Numbered from the stretch's first letter, positions 28,497 through 38,336 are shown. The stretch: DNA of 64,000 nt from Patescibacteria group bacterium (GCA_038065555.1 JBBTQS010000001.1:467901-531900); one strand, 5' to 3'. Numbers and translations are program-made. The notes: a model not told the origin generated them from the sequence alone.

Positions 28497-30359
28497 TTAG
28501 CGAAGTACGCCACCCCACTCCACAACAGTGAATCCTTTGCGCTCTGGCGTCCGTATTGGCAACGGCTCTACTTCCTTGCGCTCTGTCAGCGGCTGATAAT
28601 CCATGAGAATGCGAATCGTGGTGTCAGGACGCGGTGTCACACGCAGCGGTGCGATGCGATTCATGAGCGTGTTGTCGTAGAACGTCACGAAATAGTACGG
28701 CGTTCTCTGCATGCGAGGTACCCAGAACTCCGCGAAATCTGCTCGCTCCTGCGTGTTGAGGCCGAGTTGCGTAAGTGTGCGCTCGAGGAACGCTGGCACC
28801 TCATCCTTTGCCACAACGAAACCACGTGATTCTGGCGTTCCAACTACAGACCCCTTTCCTTCCCAGAACAAATATCCCCACGTTTTGTTATCACGAACAT
28901 CTGTGAGTCGTCCTGTTGGTTCAGCGATGACATTCCACCCACCTGTCGGATAAAGCGGCTCAGTGATCGAAAATCCGTTCATTGGTTGCACTTGTACATT
29001 CACCTGTTGCGCCTTCTCTGGGTAGAGATAGATCACAGGCTTGCCACATTCTGCCACAGGCAAGAATTCAGTGCTGTGCATCTCATACGCGCGTCCAAAT
29101 TGATCCTGCCAGAAAATAATCGGATGGAGTGCTACAAATGCGTCGTAGCTGAGCGTCGTGCCTGGATGACGATACTCATAGGATGTGCGATGTGCATCAT
29201 ACATCCCCTTCAATTTCGCATGGTTAGGATCACGATATTCGTACACACGCGTATCCCCTGCGCCCTCAAATCCTGGAATCACGCGTCCAGCAATTTTGAA
29301 CTCAGCATTATTTGCAAGTGTTGTATCGGAGATCATGAGCAACGTGAACCCGCAACCACCCGCAGTATACGGTGCATAGGCGATGGTGTTGTTGGTTCCG
29401 TTGCTCCACGTTATTGCTGTCGCGTTATCAGCCTCAGGGCGCGCAACGGCAAATGGAAGATCCATCCGATATTTAACGTATGACCCGTCAGCCAACGGTG
29501 CGTAGAATAATCCAGTGCTCACCTTCTTTTCTCGGTACAACATGATCATGGTGGTGGTGCTGTTGCGCCACACAGGGACACTCACTGCTGGCTCGTAGTC
29601 AGAGGCAACGAACCAATTCATTTCTTCTGGGTACGTTGAGAATGGTGAGCCATCACCAAATACCGACCCTCCAAATTCACCGTCCATCGCAAAAGACACA
29701 CGTTCCTTCACCGAAACAATTTCCGTCGGTAACTCGAGCTCGTCAATTTTGATTGAATTATTCCAAACAGTGCCAGGCGCAACCTTCCACTCATCCATAC
29801 GGTCGCGCAGTTCATACACCTCACCTAGCCCCACGATGACTTGATCATTCGAATATGACCCGAGCACCACGTGCGCAGTACCTCGCTTGAGAACGTGCAG
29901 GAAAATAGGTTGTCCATACTCCACAAGACCATCTGCTCGAACAATGTGAATCTCCGCACCATTCCAAGCACCTTCTTCTCGCACCGTCCCTACGAACCAC
30001 TGCTTATACTTCGTTGTCGAAGTCACATTGGCAGTGAAAAACGTCACAGGAACTGACTTTGGCGCTGTTTCCCAGACAACATCCCCTGGCACAAACTGTG
30101 CGTAGATTTCATCCTGATTTTCTCCAGACGTTGGAGGTACGTTCTCTGGAGTACTTGTTGCCACTGTCTGTGGCTGCTGCTGTCGCATCGATGCATTCAC
30201 GAAGTATCCAGCAACAAACGCACCAAGAACTAACACGACAACGACCACCCAACCGAACACACGTGCGCCACTGCGCACTTCAGGCGACTGCATGTGATCC
30301 ATGGTTTCTTTTTTGAATGGAGGTTGCGATGGAGCCGCTGGCTTTTTTGGTTCTTCCAT
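28497..30359 (-). CDS. Large membrane-anchored extracellular protein of about 620 aa with a single N-terminal TM helix. Function unknown.
   Basis: TM segment VFGWVVVVVLVLGAFVAGYFV followed by a long Asn/Thr/Trp/Tyr-rich ectodomain. The start is taken at MEEPKKP, immediately after the stop of the upstream gene. The track ORF starts 54 nt earlier and would overlap. Confidence 0.6.
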   Translation of the reverse strand: MEEPKKPAAPSQPPFKKETMDHMQSPEVRSGARVFGWVVVVVLVLGAFVAGYFVNASMRQQQPQTVATSTPENVPPTSGENQDEIYAQFVPGDVVWETAPKSVPVTFFTANVTSTTKYKQWFVGTVREEGAWNGAEIHIVRADGLVEYGQPIFLHVLKRGTAHVVLGSYSNDQVIVGLGEVYELRDRMDEWKVAPGTVWNNSIKIDELELPTEIVSVKERVSFAMDGEFGGSVFGDGSPFSTYPEEMNWFVASDYEPAVSVPVWRNSTTTMIMLYREKKVSTGLFYAPLADGSYVKYRMDLPFAVARPEADNATAITWSNGTNNTIAYAPYTAGGCGFTLLMISDTTLANNAEFKIAGRVIPGFEGAGDTRVYEYRDPNHAKLKGMYDAHRTSYEYRHPGTTLSYDAFVALHPIIFWQDQFGRAYEMHSTEFLPVAECGKPVIYLYPEKAQQVNVQVQPMNGFSITEPLYPTGGWNVIAEPTGRLTDVRDNKTWGYLFWEGKGSVVGTPESRGFVVAKDEVPAFLERTLTQLGLNTQERADFAEFWVPRMQRTPYYFVTFYDNTLMNRIAPLRVTPRPDTTIRILMDYQPLTERKEVEPLPIRTPERKGFTVVEWGGVLR

Positions 30360-30360
30360 A

Positions 30361-32235
30361 TTAGCGAGGGAGAGAGAATGAACAATTGATGAGTTGCTTT
30401 TTGATTGCATCACTCACGCGCGAATGTTGTGAGAGATCTTTGCACAGTATAGCACGCTTCGATCCCAACAGGAGTTCCATCTGCATCGCATTGTTGTACA
30501 CGGGCATCAGTATGAACTGCGTTGCAGTAGGTTCGACTGAGAGTCCAACAGTGAGTCCAGTCTTCGTAGGCTCCGAGAAGAGTTGATCGAAGATGAAATT
30601 CCCCAGTGAGTAAAAAATCGCTTTTCCTTTGTACACCTCAATCGGCTGAACCACATGCGGATGTGCACCAATCACAACGTCCGCTCCTGCATCGATCATG
30701 GCGTGCGCAATAACCTCCTGACTCGAGTGCCAACCGTTCTGCTGATACTCCACTCCCCAATGCGGCATTGCAACAATATAGTCTGTCTTTGGTTCCAACT
30801 CACGAATCATTTTTGCAAGTGCTGGTACACCATTATCCCCTGTGAACTGATGAAATGCCACAAATCCAACCTTCTGCCCACGCACGTCTCGAATCGCAGT
30901 CACTGGCCGATTGAGTGGATCACCAAAGTAATCAACACTCGCCTCTGTGAGATACTTGTGCGTTTGCTTGAGCCCTGATTCACCGAAATTATGTGTGTGA
31001 TTATTACCCAGACTCACCATCGTAATACCGAGGTCATACAATGTCTTCGCATGTCGCGGCTCTGAGGTGAATGTGAGCAACCCATTTGGCTTCGCTACTG
31101 ACTTGAATGTGGTGAGCGGCGTCTCGAGGTTCGCCACCGTGATATCAGACCCGGAGATGAATCGTTCGATCTTCGCATATGGCCAACGATCCCCTTTTGC
31201 ATCGAACGTCGCACGCACTTTGCGATCGAGCATCATGTCGCCGAAGGCATGAATCGTAAATCGCGGCACCTCAACTCGACCACCTGTCACATAATATCCT
31301 GTGAAGTGTGAAGTATTCTCCGAGCTCTCCGGCTTCTTCGTGATCGAGTTACTACTTGTACGTGCAATTTGTCGCCACGCCAACGTCGCCTCGCCCTCAG
31401 CATCAATATCACGCATCATTTCTAACATGAATTGCAACCCTGGACGAGAATCAATATCGAGAGTACGCGCACCTCTTGCATCAAGAGTCTGCAACACTGT
31501 ACCTGCAGTCTGATCATGAAATAACGCCACATCCTCCGGAAGATAATGTGAGAAATCAAACGACCCAACAATGAGCACATCATCTGGCACATTCGCGTGC
31601 ACAATATCAGCCAACGCAGCAACAGTATCACTCGTAACTGAATCCCGAATCATGATCGGAACAATCGTTGCATTGGGCAGTGACGCACGGATGAACGGCA
31701 CAATACTGTAAACAGCGTGCTCCTTCGCAAAGGGAGCTTCTTCAACAGCAATTGTGGAAGTCGCAACCGTGAGCGCTGCAACAGCCGCAGCGTTGCTCTG
31801 CAGTACACCAAATGGCGTATTCCAAGGGCGAGCCGATGTAATGACTGCTGCGCGACCTTGCGTAAAATGATTCGGCGCGATCAACAGCACGGTTACTTTG
31901 CGATCACTTGCCACACCATCGAAGGCCTGCGCCACACGATCTGCAACCAACAAGTGATGCGGCACAATGAGTGCACGAGCACGCTGACCATCTCCACGTG
32001 TAGCAGTTTCGTCTGCTGCAAATTTCATCCGTGCTGCTGCGTATGCATCTTCGAACAATCGTTTGCTCAGGCCCGGAACCGTATGGCACGTGACCGCTTC
32101 ACACACGGACGGTGTGTTGAATCGCATCGTTGTCAGCACGTTCCAGGTCCGAGGCGCCGCAGCCGACACCCAGAACCCGACGCCAAAGGCTGCTGCAATA
32201 CTGAGTGCTGCAACGACTGCGATTCGATTGTTCAT
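30361..32235 (-). CDS. Fusion protein: N-terminal signal/TM segment, then a Memo/AmmeMemoRadiSam-B-like domain, then a C-terminal CapA-family (PgsA-like metallophosphatase) domain.
   Basis: The C-terminal half has CapA blocks GNNHTHNFG, MPHWGVEY, GAHPHVVQP and YSLGNFIFDQ. The N-terminal half (ALIVPHHLL...LLIAPNHF...) weakly resembles Memo-family proteins. The N-terminus MNNRIAVVAALSIAAAFGVGFW is hydrophobic. Confidence 0.7.
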   Translation of the reverse strand: MNNRIAVVAALSIAAAFGVGFWVSAAAPRTWNVLTTMRFNTPSVCEAVTCHTVPGLSKRLFEDAYAAARMKFAADETATRGDGQRARALIVPHHLLVADRVAQAFDGVASDRKVTVLLIAPNHFTQGRAAVITSARPWNTPFGVLQSNAAAVAALTVATSTIAVEEAPFAKEHAVYSIVPFIRASLPNATIVPIMIRDSVTSDTVAALADIVHANVPDDVLIVGSFDFSHYLPEDVALFHDQTAGTVLQTLDARGARTLDIDSRPGLQFMLEMMRDIDAEGEATLAWRQIARTSSNSITKKPESSENTSHFTGYYVTGGRVEVPRFTIHAFGDMMLDRKVRATFDAKGDRWPYAKIERFISGSDITVANLETPLTTFKSVAKPNGLLTFTSEPRHAKTLYDLGITMVSLGNNHTHNFGESGLKQTHKYLTEASVDYFGDPLNRPVTAIRDVRGQKVGFVAFHQFTGDNGVPALAKMIRELEPKTDYIVAMPHWGVEYQQNGWHSSQEVIAHAMIDAGADVVIGAHPHVVQPIEVYKGKAIFYSLGNFIFDQLFSEPTKTGLTVGLSVEPTATQFILMPVYNNAMQMELLLGSKRAILCKDLSQHSRVSDAIKKQLINCSFSLPR

Positions 32236-32244
32236 ACGAAATGA

Positions 32245-33429
32245 TTAGATGCGAGATTCAACCTGCAACACGTACGAAGTGAGATAGCGCGACTCTGGGA
32301 AATACACAGACTGTGGATGATCCGTGCTCTGCCCAACAACAGCGAGCACACGTACGATGACTCCAGCCTGCACCGACGCACGGCGCAACACGAACTGAAA
32401 ATCATCTTCGGTCAAGAAATGTGAGCAGCTCGACGTCACAAAGATTCCACCCGTCTTCACCAGACGTAGCGCCGCACGATTGAGGAAGTGATATGCCTTC
32501 ATTCCCTCTTCTTGGTCCTTCTGAGACTTAATCAGCGCTGGTGGATCGAGAATCACCATGTCATATTCTGGTGTACGACGATCACCGAACCACTGAAACA
32601 CATCAGACTCAACATTCTCAACTTTTTTCGATGACAACTTGTTCGCCTTGAGCATCGCCTCGCACCCTGCGAGCGCAAACGCCGAGCTATCCACATTCAC
32701 AACACTCTCTGCCCCACCCTTGAGTGCTGCAACTGCTGACGCACCTGTGTACGAAAATACGTTTGCAACTGTCTTGCCCTCTGCATAGCGTTCGATCAAA
32801 TCACGCAAATCCTTTTGGTCGAGAAATGCGCCGGTCTTTTGTCCTTGCAACACGTACGCGATCGATGCACGACCATGTTCAACGTACGCAACTGCATCCT
32901 CAGTCTCGCCGTAGATCACGCCTTCCTTTGCATCGAGTCCCTCGTCGCGTCGCACACCAATATCACTGCGCTCAACAATCGCACGTGGCGAGAAGATGTG
33001 TGTGAGTGCATCAACAATCTCCGTACGCATGTTCTCCATGGTCGTAATCGAAATCTGTAGAACAAGCACATCGTCATATCGATCAACAACCAATCCAGGG
33101 AGTCCATCAGACTCGCCGAACACCACGCGATATCCTGTTGTGTCAGTCCCCGGTCCGTAGCCGAGCAACTTGCGTCGCTCGTTGGCAGCGCGAATCTTCT
33201 TCTCGATCCATGCACTATCGATCACGGCGTCATCCCATGCCATCATGCGCACCGCGATCGACCCATGACTGGAATACGATCCAACGCCCAAGAGCGAGCC
33301 AGTGGCACTTACCACTCCCACCATGGATCCGTGGACAATTTTTTCATCCTTATTATCAATGGCGCCAGAGAAAATCCATGGATGACGGACACCTACGGTT
33401 GCCTCTTTGCCTTTTTTCAACTGAATCAT
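32245..33429 (-). CDS. rlmI: Class I SAM-dependent 23S rRNA m5C methyltransferase, RlmI/YccW family (PUA-like N-terminus plus methyltransferase domain)
   Basis: Architecture and motifs (…VANVFSYTGASAVAAL…DMVILDPPAL…GGIFVTSSCS) are typical of RlmI. The start is taken at MIQLKKGKEATVG. Confidence 0.7.
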   Translation of the reverse strand: MIQLKKGKEATVGVRHPWIFSGAIDNKDEKIVHGSMVGVVSATGSLLGVGSYSSHGSIAVRMMAWDDAVIDSAWIEKKIRAANERRKLLGYGPGTDTTGYRVVFGESDGLPGLVVDRYDDVLVLQISITTMENMRTEIVDALTHIFSPRAIVERSDIGVRRDEGLDAKEGVIYGETEDAVAYVEHGRASIAYVLQGQKTGAFLDQKDLRDLIERYAEGKTVANVFSYTGASAVAALKGGAESVVNVDSSAFALAGCEAMLKANKLSSKKVENVESDVFQWFGDRRTPEYDMVILDPPALIKSQKDQEEGMKAYHFLNRAALRLVKTGGIFVTSSCSHFLTEDDFQFVLRRASVQAGVIVRVLAVVGQSTDHPQSVYFPESRYLTSYVLQVESRI

Positions 33430-33500
33430 CGGGTACATATCGAGTAAAAAACGAATAAAGCGCTTCAAATTATCACTGGACCTATGGTACACTAGCGCAT

Positions 33501-34259
33501 ATGTTGTCACAACCCTACCTGCGCCACCTCAGAACGGTCGGACAATTCACGGTTTGGCTCGTAAATGGTGCACACGTACGAAGTGAAATCAACGAACAGT
33601 TCACCAACTTCGGCCAGCACTACCGATTCCCGTTCATTCCCAAATACGAATTCTGGATTGACCACCTCACTCACCCGCAGGAGATCCACTATTTCATCGA
33701 CCACTTGATCGCCGAGTGGCGCGCGATGGACGCAGGTGCGTCCTATGTCGATGCCATTGGTCATGCAGATCGTATTGAGCGCGCGGAGCGTCACCACAGT
33801 CGGATTTATCGTGAGTTGCACGGACACGAACGCTCACATCCCAAGGAAGTGCTCCGCCACATCCACGTGGAGCCACTACGCAAGTACAGCACTCGCGAGC
33901 TTGCCGTCTGGATTGTGCGCAGCGACGTCATCAGAGATCTTTTTTATGTCGACTTCACCGAAGGCGGGCACGGATTTGTCTATCCATTTGTTCCGATGAA
34001 CGAGGTGTGGATCGACGAAGACCTCACACCACACGAGCGACCATACGTCGTGCTCCACGAATTACACGAACGCAACCTCATGGCGCACCATCGCTACGAC
34101 TATCCACGCGCCCACCGCAGCGCAAGCGCAGTAGAAGCATTTTGTCGTCACCATCCAACAGCAATACAACGCAAAATCGCGGCCGAGGCACGTGTTGCTG
34201 CCCGACCGCGATCCATTGTCACACCTAATTACAAATGGTGGGATGTGGTGAAAGCTTAG
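33501..34259 (+). CDS. Hypothetical His-rich protein of 252 aa with an internal tandem duplication. A metal-binding role is possible.
   Basis: Two repeats share the pattern [FY]x[FY]PF[IV]PxxExWID..LT..E..Y[FV][IV].H[LE][IL].E, and the protein has 27 histidines. Its 3' end overlaps the convergent anti-sigma-like gene by 4 nt. Confidence 0.55.
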   Translation: MLSQPYLRHLRTVGQFTVWLVNGAHVRSEINEQFTNFGQHYRFPFIPKYEFWIDHLTHPQEIHYFIDHLIAEWRAMDAGASYVDAIGHADRIERAERHHSRIYRELHGHERSHPKEVLRHIHVEPLRKYSTRELAVWIVRSDVIRDLFYVDFTEGGHGFVYPFVPMNEVWIDEDLTPHERPYVVLHELHERNLMAHHRYDYPRAHRSASAVEAFCRHHPTAIQRKIAAEARVAARPRSIVTPNYKWWDVVKA

Positions 34260-34993
34260 TCTCGATCCACATTCAGACGTCGAATCCCAAACGCACGGAT
34301 ACCGTCGCCGTCTTCTTCACCAAAGATCATAATGTCATCCCCAACACGCAGCTCACGACCTTGAGCCTTTTTTGTTCCTTTGTTGGTGCGAACACGAATC
34401 CGTTTTCCCTCTCGCTCTTCGCCTGGATGTATTGCAGGTCGAGCCATTGGCGGCGCAATACGAATTTCTGGTTCACCATTATGCATCTCAACAACCCTAC
34501 CCCGCTTCACTTCATGCACAGGGAGTGACTCATAATGTTGGTACACTGGCTGCGCAATTGGCAATCGATGACTCGGCCCATGGATCGGCGTGTAATACGC
34601 AAGTGCAGCACCACCTAGCGCCACAAATACCAATCCAGCTACGACGGTATACAACAGTGGTCGTCGATACGCAAATGCATACCGACGCACCAACACCTCG
34701 AGCACCAGCACAAAGACAAATGCAATTCCGATCACAAGCCATGGCAATGAATACAAGAAGTACCCAACCCCACGCATGCCGAACTCAGGCAGAAATCCAA
34801 TATCTGTAGTGCGCGCAACAAATACTACGAAGCTCACCAAATACAACCCAACCAACAACACGAGTACCACACCCAACACTGCAAGTGCCGCGCGCAATAC
34901 AAAGTGCCATCGTGGTCGCATCGCGACACGACCCTCCTGAATCTTTTGCTCGATCAGGTCTCGAATAGATTGTGGTTCTTGTGGTGTGCTCAT
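34256..34993 (-). CDS. Putative membrane-bound anti-sigma factor of 245 aa, translationally coupled to the ECF sigma gene
   Basis: A 4-nt overlap with the upstream ECF sigma gene. Cytoplasmic N-terminus, then 3-4 TM helices. No conserved motif, so the call rests on position alone. Confidence 0.4.
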   Translation of the reverse strand: MSTPQEPQSIRDLIEQKIQEGRVAMRPRWHFVLRAALAVLGVVLVLLVGLYLVSFVVFVARTTDIGFLPEFGMRGVGYFLYSLPWLVIGIAFVFVLVLEVLVRRYAFAYRRPLLYTVVAGLVFVALGGAALAYYTPIHGPSHRLPIAQPVYQHYESLPVHEVKRGRVVEMHNGEPEIRIAPPMARPAIHPGEEREGKRIRVRTNKGTKKAQGRELRVGDDIMIFGEEDGDGIRAFGIRRLNVDRD

Positions 34994-35556
34994 ACGAGAT
35001 GCTCGGGGTTCTGAATATACGACTTCAATTTTTCGCGAGCCCGCCGCAGACGAACGCCCACAGTCGCAACAGGCAAACGCAAAATCTCGGCAATTTCCTT
35101 GTAATCCAGCTCCTGGAAGTAATACAACACAAGGGGCTCTCGATATTTCACATCGAGCTCTGCTAGATGCTTTTCGATCTGCTGCCGCACCTGCGTTCGG
35201 TGCATCGCATCCTCTGGATCCTCAATATTCCCTGCCAACTGTGGCAAAAGTGTGTCGAAATCAAGTGACACCACACGCTCGCGGCCCTTCTTCTTGATCG
35301 CATTAATGAATTCGTTGTGCGCGACGCGGTAGAGCCACGATGAGAACTTGCGATCCGGATCCACACTGCGCAAGTTCGTGTACGCCTTGATGAACACATC
35401 CTGTACACAATCCTGACACTCCTCTGCATCGAGCAAGAACTTGCGCGCATACCGCAACATCTTCGCCTCGTACCGCTCGATCAATTCGCGAAATACAAAA
35501 AGTTCACCTGCCTGCACCCGCACGACCAATTCTTCATCAGTAGGAGTCGTGGGCAT
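34990..35556 (-). CDS. ECF-type RNA polymerase sigma-70 factor
   Basis: Sigma-70 region 2 (…QDVFIKAYTNL…FSSWLYRVAHNEFINAIKKK) and region 4 (…LDYKEIAEILRLPVATVGVRLRRAREKLK). 188 aa. Confidence 0.85.
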   Translation of the reverse strand: MPTTPTDEELVVRVQAGELFVFRELIERYEAKMLRYARKFLLDAEECQDCVQDVFIKAYTNLRSVDPDRKFSSWLYRVAHNEFINAIKKKGRERVVSLDFDTLLPQLAGNIEDPEDAMHRTQVRQQIEKHLAELDVKYREPLVLYYFQELDYKEIAEILRLPVATVGVRLRRAREKLKSYIQNPEHLV

Positions 35557-35566
35557 ACGCAGTGGG

Positions 35567-35908
35567 CTACCGTGCGTCTCCTGATCCCTGGATCACGCCG
35601 CGATCTTTGCGCGAAAGCAACTTCGCAATATTCGCCTCAGCAATATCGTCGAGCGAGAGGTCGAGCTGCAGCGCGAGCTGCGCCGTGTACCACAACACAT
35701 CGCCCAACTCAGCACGCAGCTGTTCCTTGCGCTCTGCATCGACTACACCGTTGAAGTCGCGAATGATTTTCTTAATCTTGCCCGCAACCTCACCTGCTTC
35801 ACTTGCAAGCCCTAATGCCGGATACACATACCCCGCGCCAAATGCTGGATACATCGCAGTGAGTTTGCTTTTCTCCTGATATTCTTGAAATGTCATAGTA
35901 CTGATCAT
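35567..35908 (-). CDS. MazG-like nucleoside triphosphate pyrophosphohydrolase family protein (small single-domain)
   Basis: …ASEAGEVAGKIKKIIRDFNG…ELGDVLWYTAQLALQLDLSLDDIAEANIAKL is the MazG/NTP-PPase helix pattern. Confidence 0.7.
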   Translation of the reverse strand: MISTMTFQEYQEKSKLTAMYPAFGAGYVYPALGLASEAGEVAGKIKKIIRDFNGVVDAERKEQLRAELGDVLWYTAQLALQLDLSLDDIAEANIAKLLSRKDRGVIQGSGDAR

Positions 35909-35985
35909 CGTACGCTGTGTAGATCAGCCCGTCAAAACAAAGACCGACCCACACCCGTACGAGTGCAAGTCGGTCACCGCAGCAA

Positions 35986-36561
35986 TTACCTTGTTACAAA
36001 TCGAAATCCTGTTGCTGCCTCCAGAATTTGTTCCGGCGTAAATGACGTCTGTTGGAGCAAGTCCACGATGAGCCACGCCCGTTCACGCCCTGTGTTGAGC
36101 GCAGCGACACCAGCGAGCACCTCCAGACAATGCGGCGTATGGAACAACACCTCATCAATGTTGGGCGATGTCGGCACCCCCTTGTCTTGCCTCGATGGCG
36201 TGACCAGGTGGAGCAACCAATCCGTCACAAGACTCGCCGCCACCACGATCGTCGGATCACGTCGTGATTCGCCAACGAGCAAGGACGCAACGCAATCATG
36301 GTATCCACCATACGCACACCGATCTGAGAGATGGGATCGCACCGACGAACATTGTTGCGTTGGTACTGCATATGGCACACCTGCGGTGAGAAACGCATCC
36401 ACACACCGCAACACACCGAGATACCCATCAAGTGCCGTAACACTCGATGGACGAAGTATACGGAACACCTCGTCCGGAAACGGTCCATCGCGGCGGGCAA
36501 GCCCGGCCTTGACGCACAGTTCGAACGAGGTCAAGAAATCAGCACTAGTCTTTGTTCCCAT
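35986..36561 (-). CDS. Hypothetical protein of 191 aa
   Basis: A protein-like ORF. The opposing 293-aa plus-strand ORF is Ser/Thr/Arg-rich junk. No confident family. Confidence 0.4.
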   Translation of the reverse strand: MGTKTSADFLTSFELCVKAGLARRDGPFPDEVFRILRPSSVTALDGYLGVLRCVDAFLTAGVPYAVPTQQCSSVRSHLSDRCAYGGYHDCVASLLVGESRRDPTIVVAASLVTDWLLHLVTPSRQDKGVPTSPNIDEVLFHTPHCLEVLAGVAALNTGRERAWLIVDLLQQTSFTPEQILEAATGFRFVTR

Positions 36562-36585
36562 TATCTCCCTCGCAACCGTTGGTCA

Positions 36586-37152
36586 TTATTCGTTGACGCG
36601 AGCACTGTACTCACCCGTCTCCGTATTCACGAGAATTTCCTCGCCTTCCTTGATGAAGATTGGTGCCTGCACATGGAGGCCATTGTCGAGCGTAATATCC
36701 TTGGTCACGTTGCCAGCAGTGCTGTCCCCGCGAACCGCAGGAGGTGCTTCGACGACACGGTACTGAACCTTCTTCGGCAACTGGATCGTTACCACACGCT
36801 CTTCGAACATGACACCGAGTACCTCGAGGCCTTCCTTGAGATACTTCACATCATCGCCGATCGTGTCTGCCTCGATCTCCTCGGTCCCGAAGGTAACCTG
36901 GTTCATGAACGAGTAGAACGTACCGTTGTTGTAGAGATACTGGAGGTTGACGTACTGCACCTGTACATTGTCGATGCTTTCGCCTGACTTGTACGTGATG
37001 TTAGTACCCTTACCACTCGTAATACTCTTCATCTTTGTCTTCACGAACGCCGAACCCTTGCCTGGATTCACAAACTGCGCGTCAGTGATGACGTAGAGGT
37101 CGTTCTGGTGGCGAATAATGCCGCCCTTCTTAATGTCTGTTGTATCGCCCAT
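36586..37152 (-). CDS. efp: Elongation factor P
   Basis: 188 aa. The loop VNPGKGSAFVKTK carries the conserved modifiable Lys, and the three-domain length fits EF-P. Confidence 0.9.
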   Translation of the reverse strand: MGDTTDIKKGGIIRHQNDLYVITDAQFVNPGKGSAFVKTKMKSITSGKGTNITYKSGESIDNVQVQYVNLQYLYNNGTFYSFMNQVTFGTEEIEADTIGDDVKYLKEGLEVLGVMFEERVVTIQLPKKVQYRVVEAPPAVRGDSTAGNVTKDITLDNGLHVQAPIFIKEGEEILVNTETGEYSARVNE

Positions 37153-37156
37153 ACTA

Positions 37157-38215
37157 TTAATCGAAAAGAATTGACATCGGCAATGCTATCACGTCATTGA
37201 TATTCTGGCAACCAGTCATGACCTGCACCATTCGGTCAATTCCCAGAGCAATTCCAGAGGATTCTGGCATTCCAGCGCGCAGCGCGTCGATGAATTCACG
37301 ATCTACTGCAAAGACATCTTTGCCAGCAAGCCGTCGCTCCTCGCGCTCCAACTCAAGGCGTCGCAACTGCTCATGGTGATCCGTGAGTTCTCCAAACGCA
37401 TTGGCCAACTCCATCCCGCTCACATACAACTCAAACCGCTGCGCATAGCGTGGATCATTTGGCGCCAATCGCGCCAGCGCCGCCATCTCCGCAGGATATC
37501 CATACAAGAACACAGGACCAGACTCCGCAGTACCAATATTCGGTTCAATCTCATTCAAGAAAACGCGATAGAACAAATCTGCGTACGACTCAGTCTCAGC
37601 AGCAGCGTACCCCTTCTCACGACACAACACATACATCGCCTCACGCGTCAGGTACTGCTCGAGATCAACATTTGCATACTGTCGCCACACATCACGCATG
37701 TGCAATCGCGCCCAAGGCTGACGGAGAATCCGCGATTGCTCAATGGCTGGCCGAACTGCATCCGCGTGCGGCCCATCAAGTAATGCATTGGCCACAGAGA
37801 CGAAGAGTGATTCAGTATCATCCATGATCGCCCAGTAATCTGCCCCAGCACGATACCACTCAATCATCATGAACTCTGGATTGTGTGTTCCGCCGAATGA
37901 CTCATTGTCACGAAAAACTTTTTGCATGGAGAAGATGCGCTGCTCTCCTGCTGCAAGCAACTTCTTCATGGTGTACTCAGGCGAGGTATGCAAATACCCC
38001 GTGCGCTCCACATTCTTGTCATCACGCACAGCGATCCGCATCGGCGACAAATACGGCTCCTGCCCCGGAAGTTGCAAGATCGTAGGCGCATCAACTTCAA
38101 CAAATGACTGCAACCAGAAAAATGTGCGGGTCAACCGCATGATCTCCGATCGAATCTGCAAATTCTGCCGCACGCGGCGAAGGTGTTCCAGGTGGCGCAT
38201 ACGCATTGTATTCAA
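37157..38215 (-). CDS. epmA: EF-P lysine lysyltransferase EpmA (PoxA/GenX), a truncated class II LysRS paralogue
   Basis: Class II motifs (…FRDNESFGGTHNPEFMMIEWY… and …GMPESSGIALGIDRMVQVMTG) without an anticodon-binding domain. It lies immediately upstream of efp. Confidence 0.8.
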   Translation of the reverse strand: MNTMRMRHLEHLRRVRQNLQIRSEIMRLTRTFFWLQSFVEVDAPTILQLPGQEPYLSPMRIAVRDDKNVERTGYLHTSPEYTMKKLLAAGEQRIFSMQKVFRDNESFGGTHNPEFMMIEWYRAGADYWAIMDDTESLFVSVANALLDGPHADAVRPAIEQSRILRQPWARLHMRDVWRQYANVDLEQYLTREAMYVLCREKGYAAAETESYADLFYRVFLNEIEPNIGTAESGPVFLYGYPAEMAALARLAPNDPRYAQRFELYVSGMELANAFGELTDHHEQLRRLELEREERRLAGKDVFAVDREFIDALRAGMPESSGIALGIDRMVQVMTGCQNINDVIALPMSILFD

Positions 38216-38261
38216 TTACGAGGTAAGTGAACCACGGGGGTGGGAACAATGCAACACAGCG

Positions 38262-38336
38262 AAGCCAAGCAAAGCTCTTTTCCCAGTCCTCCCCGTAAAC
38301 TGAGGTCCGGGCTGGGAAAAGAGCTTTGCTTGGCTT
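38262..38336. repeat. Long hairpin element, copy 2: a 25-bp perfect stem (AAGCCAAGCAAAGCTCTTTTCCCAG / CTGGGAAAAGAGCTTTGCTTGGCTT) around the identical 25-nt core.
   Basis: It sits in the divergent intergenic region between epmA and the 38443 gene, which is not a terminator position. Confidence 0.8.

Noticed and set aside
35885-36766. 293-aa Ser/Thr/Arg-rich plus-strand ORF
   Set aside because: It is a low-complexity antisense frame overlapping the 191-aa hypothetical and the efp end.
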